DNA from: Minisyncoccota bacterium
GTDB taxonomy: Bacteria > Patescibacteriota > Minisyncoccia > Minisyncoccales > Minisyncoccaceae
Direction: 5' to 3'
Length of the DNA: 43,082 bases
NCBI GenBank assembly: GCA_028716905.1
Contig: JAQUOX010000002.1
Span: 1-43,082 of the forward strand
Part shown: piece after piece, positions 34,558 through 42,112 of the stretch
Numbering within the stretch: position 1 is the stretch's first letter
Layout: the number at the start of each line of letters is the position of its first letter
Notes under the pieces: generated by a model
Seen by the model: the letters and a program-made list of their open reading frames with translations, nothing else
Database searches by the model: none
What the model was told of the DNA's origin: nothing
Program-made: the position numbers and the translations under genes

Positions 34558-35958
34558 TTAAGACTTTTTCTTGTTTTTTGAATAATCTATCTCTGGAAAT
34601 TTTACAATTTTACCACGACTTTCCAAGATTGCCTTCCTGCATTCCTTTGCAAATTTTTTATCACTATTTTCCCTAACATATCTTACCACTTCAAACAGAT
34701 CAGAAGTTCTAACAAGAATCGCATTTAATCTTTCGGCATTCTTTATACATTTATCTGTAAATTGTTCCTCTCTTTTTTCCGGTCGAATAACTCTAAAACC
34801 ATTTCCAAACAAAATGCCTATTGCAGGATCAGACACTTCTTCTTTTTGTAAATCTTCCTGTATGTTTGATTCAAGCTGTCTAAATTTATCAATGTTTATC
34901 GCACCATTATCCTTACCCTCTGCTTCCCCGATATACCTTTCACCCTCGGGCGATACAATAATCTGATCAATTTCTAAACTGCCATCGTCATAATTTTCAG
35001 CTTTATAACCTAAAATTTCTAGGGCTTTGATAATAGCGTTCTCTAGTGGTTTGCCTTTTTCGTAAATCAGATTTTTCAACTCCATTTCTTTGTGTAAGGA
35101 ATCTAACAAAGTATTTTTTTCTGTGGTGAAAGTTTCTATTTTTTTGGAAATATTATCTATTTTCTTTTTAAGCTCTGTTTCAAGTTTCAATCTATATTCT
35201 TTTTGTGCGACCCAATCTGGCGGCGGTGAAGTTTCAACAGATCCACGCAATGCATTATCAATATCAACCAATACTTGAATTAAACGTTTGCCGAACTTCA
35301 CTGCCTCATCAGTCCAAAACGATTCTTCTTTCTCGTATTTTGTAAATTTTTCTGGATATCTAACTGGGGGCAATAAGACTAGATTTCCTTTTCCTACCCT
35401 GAACAAACCGCCTACAGGCTTATTTCCTGTTTTGGTAAAAAACAAAGGGGTTTCAATTTTGCCGTCTATGTAAGATTCGTATTTAATGCGTTCCTTAAAC
35501 TCACTCCAAAAGGTTGTAAATATACCATTATTATTAAATTTTAACTCCGTTCCTTCCTTCGGGATTAAACCGGGAATATCTACTGGCAAAAATTCATAAT
35601 TATTGTACGAAGAAACCAAATTTGTAACTCTCGTATTTCTGCCAGTACCAGAATATTGTTTTTGTCCAGTGTGAACAAAAACTTCCTCATATTGACCCAT
35701 AAAAACAAGGACTGTCTTCCCGTCTTGTAGTGCCGTTGAAATTTCAGAGTGCCAATGTCTCGTATCCTCTTTCAAACGAAAAGATTCATTCTCGCTAAAA
35801 GAAGGTTTACCCTGATAACTGTCATAGTAGCTATAGTTAGAAAAATCTGGTTCAAAAACAACAATGTCTGCGTCTAACAAAGATTGAGAAGATGTATATG
35901 GTTTGTAGTCGTCAGCGTAACCGGGTATATCGAAACCCACTGAGATAATTTTTTTCAT
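34558..35958 (-). CDS. Uncharacterised 466-aa protein: unknown N-terminal domain, central coiled coil, C-terminal PD-(D/E)xK-like region. Last gene of the restriction-type operon.
   Basis: Its ATG overlaps the Res stop as ATGA (35955-35958). The C-terminus LEIDQIIVSPEGERYIGEAEGKD fits D-x15-ExK. Coiled coil: KLETELKKKIDNISKKIETFTTEKNTLLDSLHKEMELKN. Confidence 0.7.
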   Translation of the reverse strand: MKKIISVGFDIPGYADDYKPYTSSQSLLDADIVVFEPDFSNYSYYDSYQGKPSFSENESFRLKEDTRHWHSEISTALQDGKTVLVFMGQYEEVFVHTGQKQYSGTGRNTRVTNLVSSYNNYEFLPVDIPGLIPKEGTELKFNNNGIFTTFWSEFKERIKYESYIDGKIETPLFFTKTGNKPVGGLFRVGKGNLVLLPPVRYPEKFTKYEKEESFWTDEAVKFGKRLIQVLVDIDNALRGSVETSPPPDWVAQKEYRLKLETELKKKIDNISKKIETFTTEKNTLLDSLHKEMELKNLIYEKGKPLENAIIKALEILGYKAENYDDGSLEIDQIIVSPEGERYIGEAEGKDNGAINIDKFRQLESNIQEDLQKEEVSDPAIGILFGNGFRVIRPEKREEQFTDKCIKNAERLNAILVRTSDLFEVVRYVRENSDKKFAKECRKAILESRGKIVKFPEIDYSKNKKKS

Positions 35959-38660
35959 TTTACAATATCAAAAATATTTTTAGGATCATCAAGTACCTTA
36001 AACACCCACTTCCCAAAATTTCCATTTTCATTTACCGCTTCAACCCATTCCTTCGCCGCTTGCCATTTTGCTTTATCTTGCTCCTTCGTCTGGCCTTTAA
36101 CCTCTAAAATAATGTGTCTATTATCCTTAAATTTCACAATATAGTCGGGGTAGTAAGTGTGTGTTTGGCCTTGCCACAAATAATAAATTTCAAATCCAAG
36201 ATGATCATTTTTTACCCACGAAATTAAATCTTTTATTCTGTTCCGCTCCAATTCAAAAGCCAAGCTACCCTCCCAACCGCTATCAACGACGATATGGCTA
36301 ATTTGGCTTTTATTAACTGGCTGTGTTTTCTTGCTTGTGTACCACGTCATCGCTGTTGCCGTACCTCGCTTCGGACGCACAGGATCAAGAATGGCAAGCG
36401 GCGCATCCTTGCTTGAACTTCTGATAAAATTTCCGATGTGATTCACAATCGCCTGAATATTTAAGGCGATCATAATATTTTTTAATTTTTCAGAACCGGC
36501 AAAAACAGGAACTTTCATCAGCAATTTATCCGATTCCAAAAACTTATCAATAATCTGTATCAATTGCCCAATATGGCTTCCGGGATCGCCTTTCCAATTT
36601 TTGCCAAACTGCTCGTGTAAACGAACTGCCGCTTGAAGTTTTGATTTTTGCAACCTGTGTTCCTCAGCGAGCTTATCAAGGTTAATTTCGCTAATTTGGT
36701 CAAACTTCGGACGACCTTCAATTGTAGGAGCAACTTCTACGATTGTTGGTGAATCTTCCGGCGACAAAATCAGTTTTTCCAACTTATCCCATTCTAAATC
36801 CAAAAAGTAATTCAGCTTATAATCGACACGCAAAACATGTGGCCAATCTATTTTCAAATCCTTTCTATCTTGTAGAGGCTCTATTTTTGTTTTCGGCTTT
36901 TCCGGTCCGGGCGTTTTTTCCTTGCCTTCTGCTGGCAAGAAAGTGAACGGCACGCCAAATACCGTGACATATTCGGGATCATAAAGATTAGTTTCGGGAT
37001 TAATATCGTAAGAAATCCTGCGCAAACCTCGGCCGACAACCTGCTCACAAAGGAGTTGGCTCGTAAAGGCTCGTAATCCCAAAATATGAGTAACTGTTCT
37101 TGCGTCCCACCCTTCGGACAACATATTAACGCCAATAACACACTGGACTTGTTCTCCAGCCTTTTCTTCTTTTCCAACCGTATTAAATTTTTCTCGTTCA
37201 AGCTCAACCAGTTCTCTTTTGGATTTATCCAGCTTTTCTTCTTCGTCAGCTTCAATTTTATCTAAAGCGTCTTGGTCTATGCGAATCAACTTCGTCTTAT
37301 CCGCCAATTCATCAACAGAGAAAAATCCGTTTACCAAAGAGTATTCTAATCTCGCCGCCGTTTCCGTTCGGTTAGAAATCATAATCATAACAGGTGGCGT
37401 TTTTCTCTCTTGTTTTTGCCAATCGTCTTTTGATTGAAGCCAATCCGCCCCCAAGATATTAACCGCGTTTCTGACAAGATCGGGCAGACCCTCGTGTTTT
37501 TCTGCACGGCGATTCAAGTCCTCTTTGACATGCTCGTAAATATGGAAAAATCTTGACTTCAAATCTTTATCCAATTTTGAATCATCTCTCACCGCAACTT
37601 TTGGCGTTTTCACCAAACCACTCTCAATTGCATCGTTTAGCCCAAAGTCACTGACAATCCAAGTAAACAACTGCTCACCTTGATTATTGCGACCTGTCGG
37701 CTTGAACGGCGTTGCAGTTAAGTCATACGCTCTCAAAACACCCCGCGCACGACTGATTCTGTCAATTCCACTCACCCAAATTGTCGCTTTTTCTTTTTCG
37801 CTCGCATCTTCTTCTCCAGTTGGCCCATGGCAGTGGTGCGCTTCGTCATTGATAATTAAAATGTTTGTGGCGTTTCCGAAATCAGGAAGAACACGCCGCA
37901 CAAATGCCTCTTCGCTTTCTGGCCCCTTTTTTATTACTTTCGGTCCATAGTTTTCATTGTATGGCGCAAGTGTATGCCAGTTTGTTACCTCAATTTTTGC
38001 CTGCAAAAGCTCTTGCCACATTGCAGAATCAACCAAAATAAAACTTTGATAAAAATTATCGGGATTGTCTGGCAGTAAAACTTGCAAACGATCCCGCACC
38101 GTAAGACCCGGCGCAATAATTAATATATGTTTTGAAAATCTTGCGTCTTTAGGGTTGGCGATTTTATTTAACGCCTGCCAAGCAATAAGCATAGCCATTA
38201 CTACCGTCTTTCCCGTTCCTGTTGCTAATTTCAAACACTGCCTTTCCCATTCGCCACTATCAGCCGGAATATCTATACCCTGTTTTTCAGCAGTGCTCGC
38301 CTCTGTAAGCCAAATTGCCGTTTCTACGGCTTCAAATTGACACCAAAACGGCTGAAGTTCTCTCTGCGACTTATCATTCCAAAAATCAAGCAGCCGTTTC
38401 GTAACGCCGGTAACATTGGGATAACCCTTTTCCCTCCATTCTTTAACTCTCGGCCTGATTTTATTAACTAAAGGAATCTCAATAAATTCGCCGGGATCCT
38501 CGCTATCCCCACGATTGCGCGCCGTAGCCCGCCAATAGCCTGACTTTCTCCGTCCGGGCTTTCTTTCAAAACTTTGCGATTCGCGAATATAGAGCCAATG
38601 TTCTTTTGGTTCCTCGTAGGGATTGTTAATTATAAGTTGGTCAATTGATTTACTAGACAT
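35955..38660 (-). CDS. res: Type III restriction enzyme Res-like subunit (SF2 DEAH helicase + C-terminal PD-(D/E)xK nuclease)
   Basis: Helicase motifs ATGTGKT, INDEAHH, LTATP and VVGRGLRR. C-terminal YPDYIV...IILEVKG nuclease motif. The N-terminal INNPYEEPKEHW is typical of this Res family. Confidence 0.85.
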   Translation of the reverse strand: MSSKSIDQLIINNPYEEPKEHWLYIRESQSFERKPGRRKSGYWRATARNRGDSEDPGEFIEIPLVNKIRPRVKEWREKGYPNVTGVTKRLLDFWNDKSQRELQPFWCQFEAVETAIWLTEASTAEKQGIDIPADSGEWERQCLKLATGTGKTVVMAMLIAWQALNKIANPKDARFSKHILIIAPGLTVRDRLQVLLPDNPDNFYQSFILVDSAMWQELLQAKIEVTNWHTLAPYNENYGPKVIKKGPESEEAFVRRVLPDFGNATNILIINDEAHHCHGPTGEEDASEKEKATIWVSGIDRISRARGVLRAYDLTATPFKPTGRNNQGEQLFTWIVSDFGLNDAIESGLVKTPKVAVRDDSKLDKDLKSRFFHIYEHVKEDLNRRAEKHEGLPDLVRNAVNILGADWLQSKDDWQKQERKTPPVMIMISNRTETAARLEYSLVNGFFSVDELADKTKLIRIDQDALDKIEADEEEKLDKSKRELVELEREKFNTVGKEEKAGEQVQCVIGVNMLSEGWDARTVTHILGLRAFTSQLLCEQVVGRGLRRISYDINPETNLYDPEYVTVFGVPFTFLPAEGKEKTPGPEKPKTKIEPLQDRKDLKIDWPHVLRVDYKLNYFLDLEWDKLEKLILSPEDSPTIVEVAPTIEGRPKFDQISEINLDKLAEEHRLQKSKLQAAVRLHEQFGKNWKGDPGSHIGQLIQIIDKFLESDKLLMKVPVFAGSEKLKNIMIALNIQAIVNHIGNFIRSSSKDAPLAILDPVRPKRGTATAMTWYTSKKTQPVNKSQISHIVVDSGWEGSLAFELERNRIKDLISWVKNDHLGFEIYYLWQGQTHTYYPDYIVKFKDNRHIILEVKGQTKEQDKAKWQAAKEWVEAVNENGNFGKWVFKVLDDPKNIFDIVK

Positions 38661-38662
38661 AA

Positions 38663-41134
38663 TTATTCAAGTTTTTTTATTACAAAGGATTCAATTCCTC
38701 TGTTATCTATAATTTTAACAGCGATTTTCTTTTCTTCCCCGGCTTCAAATGGCAATGATTCAACGCCAGTAAATGACTCTATTAATTCCTCATCAATTTC
38801 ACCATTGAGAGCTTTGGCTAATTTCGTCCAGTCACGCTTGCTGTCTTTCATAGGGAAAAATACTTGGTCGGGCAGTAAACTTCGCTCATCATAGTCAGTA
38901 TCCAAAAACCACATCGCAATATGCGCATTGCTCTTTGACTCAATTTCTCCGCTAATTGGATTGTAATAATCAAAACCATTAACTCGGATTTTATACTTTT
39001 CGCCTCTTTCTTTAATAACCTCAACATCTGGCTGGCCGATGAGCCAATAGCTTTGATTTGACGATCGTTTCTTTCGCAAATCAGCCGTGAGTAAGTCCAC
39101 ACTCATTTGTGCTTTAAGAATCTGCACGCCGGACCAATCAATTTGATCAATGTCTTTTGCCGCCTCCGGATCAAAGTGGAAGGCCGCAAAAATTACAAAA
39201 TCAGGTTTCTCTTTTATTTCGCGAGCTTCTTTAACGGCTTCTTCAACTTGCCTCTGTTCCATTGGTCCAAAATCAGGTCCAAAACTGATGTATGCTTTTT
39301 TAGTTTTATCTTTTTCTATAATCTCGCCTTTGGCATGCAAAAATTTTGTCGCAAGCATTGGCTCAATAACTGAAAATTCAATTTTCTTTCCGCCAGTTGT
39401 GCGTATACCGGTTGTTTTAAGCTCGTCGCGATAAAGCGTTTGATTTCCAGTCTCGCCGGTTTGCGATAACTCTCTGCCACCACCTTCAACTTTTGGCTCT
39501 TTCTCGTCAAACGGCTTGACTCGTAAACTGGGCACAGCTTCAACGGTAAATGGTCCCGTTACTCTTATTTTATTCTTTTCAATTTTGGGTATGTCGTATA
39601 AATTTTCTGATTTTGCTTCGGATTCTTTTGTAAAAGTACCCACAGAAATGTGAGGAATTTCTTTGTATATCAATCCACTTCTTATTCCTTCTTCCTTATG
39701 TGCCAACTCATAATATTCAAAGTTAGCGATCATCAATCTCTGCTTCGCAAGGGTTATTGCAACTCGTGATGTGTCGCAAGTTATCCAACGACGACCCCAC
39801 TTCTCTGCAACAAATGCGCTAGTACCCCCGCCACAAGTAGGATCTAAAATTAAATCACTCGGATCTGTTGTCATGAGCATGCATCGCTCAATAACTTTGT
39901 CTTGTGTTTCCACCACATATGACTTTCCTGAAGCCGCAGTCGTATCAAACCACATATTAGTTAATCGTGAGGCTGGGAAATCTTTGTAGTAAGAAATGAA
40001 ATACAAACTATTCCCCCTAGCGGTAATTCTCCCTAACGCTTCGAGTTTTTTCATCCCTTCAAGATTTGTTTTCCATGACTTATTTGAGCGCGGCTTGTAT
40101 ACTTTTCCTTTAAATTCGTAGTCGTAAACACATGAGGGAGTAAGTCCCGAAGAGTTAAGATCACCTAATGCGATCCTATCTTCCAAAGGAGAATCGTCTT
40201 TGGCTTTCTCAATTTTTTTGTTTACTAGAATATACGGATAATTCTTTTTTGATTCCTCATTTTTCTCGACAAATAATTCCCTGAATTTCATTTGTTTTTT
40301 ATCTTTGGCGTACCAAATAATAATGTCATACAAATGAGCCAAGTCGTTTGAACCTAAAACGCCCCTTGTTTTATACGATACCATTGCTACAAAATTATCC
40401 TTATTAAATATTTCCTCCATAACTTCTCTAACATGGTGAATATTTTCTTCATTTATCTGCACAAAAACACTACCACTTTCGTGGAGCAGTTCTTTAGCAA
40501 GCAATAATCTGTCTCGCAAGTGTGTAAGATAGCTATGTACCCCTAATTCCCAAGTATCGCGGAACGCCTGAATCATTTCTGGCTCTGCTGGAATGTCCTC
40601 ATCTCGATCTTTAACATCTTTTTTATTTACAAACGGCTGAAAGTTTGAGTTGTATTTAATGCCGTAGGGCGGATCAATATAAACCATCTGCACTTTGCCC
40701 GCCATGCCTTCTTTGTTGAGTAAGCTATTCATTACTAAAAGCGAATCCCCGGAAATGAGACGGTTTGTCCAGTCCTGCTCGTGTTTATAAAATTCAATTG
40801 CCTTGTTTAGCGGCGGCTCATTATCCGGCTGATCAAAAAGAGAAACCTGTTTTGGCCCGGTATCTTTTTTCAAAAACGATTTGATTATCCTTTTTGGATC
40901 AATTCGTTCATGAATATGCAAGCTGATATTTTGCACATCAAACTCCATACCTTCTTTTTTCCCAGCCCAGCTCAAATATGGGTCAATATGAGGATCGTGT
41001 GCGTATTTTTGCCGGCCATCAAATTTATCGGTTGCACTAGAAACTAACCCTACCGGCGGGATATTCTTTCGTTTCGCTCCCTTATGGGCGTATGTTTTAA
41101 CCTCTATTTTTTTGTTGGCTTTTTTTCTTGGCAT
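38663..41134 (-). CDS. mod: Beta-class N6-adenine/N4-cytosine DNA methyltransferase, Type III Mod-like, with a long C-terminal extension
   Basis: Motif IV IDPPYG precedes motif I LDPTCGGGTSAFVAEKWGRRWITCD, which is the beta-class order. Only 2 nt separate it from res. Confidence 0.85.
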   Translation of the reverse strand: MPRKKANKKIEVKTYAHKGAKRKNIPPVGLVSSATDKFDGRQKYAHDPHIDPYLSWAGKKEGMEFDVQNISLHIHERIDPKRIIKSFLKKDTGPKQVSLFDQPDNEPPLNKAIEFYKHEQDWTNRLISGDSLLVMNSLLNKEGMAGKVQMVYIDPPYGIKYNSNFQPFVNKKDVKDRDEDIPAEPEMIQAFRDTWELGVHSYLTHLRDRLLLAKELLHESGSVFVQINEENIHHVREVMEEIFNKDNFVAMVSYKTRGVLGSNDLAHLYDIIIWYAKDKKQMKFRELFVEKNEESKKNYPYILVNKKIEKAKDDSPLEDRIALGDLNSSGLTPSCVYDYEFKGKVYKPRSNKSWKTNLEGMKKLEALGRITARGNSLYFISYYKDFPASRLTNMWFDTTAASGKSYVVETQDKVIERCMLMTTDPSDLILDPTCGGGTSAFVAEKWGRRWITCDTSRVAITLAKQRLMIANFEYYELAHKEEGIRSGLIYKEIPHISVGTFTKESEAKSENLYDIPKIEKNKIRVTGPFTVEAVPSLRVKPFDEKEPKVEGGGRELSQTGETGNQTLYRDELKTTGIRTTGGKKIEFSVIEPMLATKFLHAKGEIIEKDKTKKAYISFGPDFGPMEQRQVEEAVKEAREIKEKPDFVIFAAFHFDPEAAKDIDQIDWSGVQILKAQMSVDLLTADLRKKRSSNQSYWLIGQPDVEVIKERGEKYKIRVNGFDYYNPISGEIESKSNAHIAMWFLDTDYDERSLLPDQVFFPMKDSKRDWTKLAKALNGEIDEELIESFTGVESLPFEAGEEKKIAVKIIDNRGIESFVIKKLE

Positions 41135-41150
41135 ATTTACCTTGGCATAT

Positions 41151-41354
41151 TTACTTTATTAAATCATCAACACTTACTTCAAGTGCCTTAGCAAGCTTGG
41201 TTAGTGTTTCAATGGTCGGATTTTTATTTACTCCGGATTCAATACGAATAACCGTGTTCAATGATAAATCAGCAAGCCGAGCCACTCTTTCTTGGGAGTA
41301 GCCCTTCTGTGCTCGTAGTTTCTTAAAATTGTTAGCTATTTTGTTGTTTGACAT
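41151..41354 (-). CDS. XRE-family HTH protein (possible controller of the restriction-type operon)
   Basis: LRAQKGYSQERVARLADLSLNTVIRIESGVNKNPTIETLTKLAKAL. It sits 16 nt upstream of mod. Confidence 0.85.
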   Translation of the reverse strand: MSNNKIANNFKKLRAQKGYSQERVARLADLSLNTVIRIESGVNKNPTIETLTKLAKALEVSVDDLIK

Positions 41355-41517
41355 AAGATTACTTGCAATATACCATTAAAAGATATAAACTAAATGATAG
41401 GACATATTCATTAGCTATTTTTATGGTATATCATTTTATCACATTTGGCAACCTTTCAGGGAGTTCCCCGTTGCCCGCGCACGGGAGTGGTGGGGCAAGG
41501 GCAACTATAATTATAAA

Positions 41518-41820
41518 AGCCCCGCAAAAAAATCGGGCGAAGCCCGAAAAGCAAAAGGGCAAAAAGGAAGGGGGTCTGGGGGAAGGAATTTTTGCCCTTT
41601 TGCGATTAAGAATAGAGCGTTTCCGCTTTTCTCTGAATAAGAGAAACGCAAAACAGAAAAATTTTCTTTTCCTTTTAAAAGAAAAAATTGTGCGCGAAAA
41701 AATTAAAAAATGTAGAGAAGATTTTTCTGTTTTGGTTTGCCGTAGCGGAGCGGAGGCAAGCGGAAACGCACCTCATTCTTGTTCGGGATTTTCTTTGAAA
41801 AAAGTTCGGATTTCGTTCAG
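41518..41820. repeat. Right copy of the perfect 303-bp inverted repeat (partner at 34230..34532)
   Basis: Exact reverse complement of the left copy. Confidence 0.95.
41526..41603 (-). terminator. Tandem-hairpin intrinsic terminator facing into the cassette (inside the right repeat)
   Basis: Mirror image of 34447..34524. Read on the minus strand: the 15-bp stem hairpin, then the 6-bp GC hairpin, then T7. Confidence 0.5.
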
Positions 41821-41854
41821 AATACGGAGCCAAATTGTATGTTCGGCGTTTGTT

Positions 41855-42069
41855 GCCTCGGCGCAAAGCGCCTCGGCACGCGCCCTGCGGGCGCTTAGGC
41901 CTGATTTTAAGAGGATTTGCCACGCTCCGCGTGGCTCAAAAACCAATTCCCGTTCCCGCAAAATTCGGTTCGCTTTGCGAAGCAACAAAATCCCGCTCTG
42001 CGGGATAGCCAATCTTTTTTCTCGCCCACAGTGCGAGTTACAAAGCGATAATTATTCCGCGAAGCGGAA
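41855..42069 (+). other. Array of seven short GC-rich stem-loops (mostly 3-nt loops) in the leader of the recombinase gene
   Basis: Hairpins: ggcgc-aaa-gcgcc (41860-41872), gcgccc-tgc-gggcgc (41880-41894), gccacgc-tcc-gcgtggc (41919-41935), ttcgc-ttt-gcgaa (41969-41981), tcccgc-tct-gcggga (41991-42005), ctcgc-ccacagt-gcgag (42021-42037), ttccgc-gaa-gcggaa (42055-42069). Confidence 0.7.
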
Positions 42070-42112
42070 TTGCCCAAAAGCGATATTATTAAAAAAATAA
42101 TTTTTCAAAACT

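Noticed and set aside
41506-41515. Palindromic tataattata just inside the right repeat, as a possible outward promoter starting a transcript exactly at the repeat edge
   Set aside because: There is no acceptable -35 or TG extension at 16-19 nt in either direction. I leave it as an unexplained AT palindrome rather than calling a promoter.
41363-42100. 245-aa plus-strand ORF, with antisense ORFs at 41675..41923 and 41773..42012
   Set aside because: The open frames run through the HTH promoter region, the repeat and the hairpin array. The peptides are Arg/Lys/Ser-rich nonsense with no domain, and three mutually overlapping frames are open at once. That pattern is typical of structured non-coding DNA.
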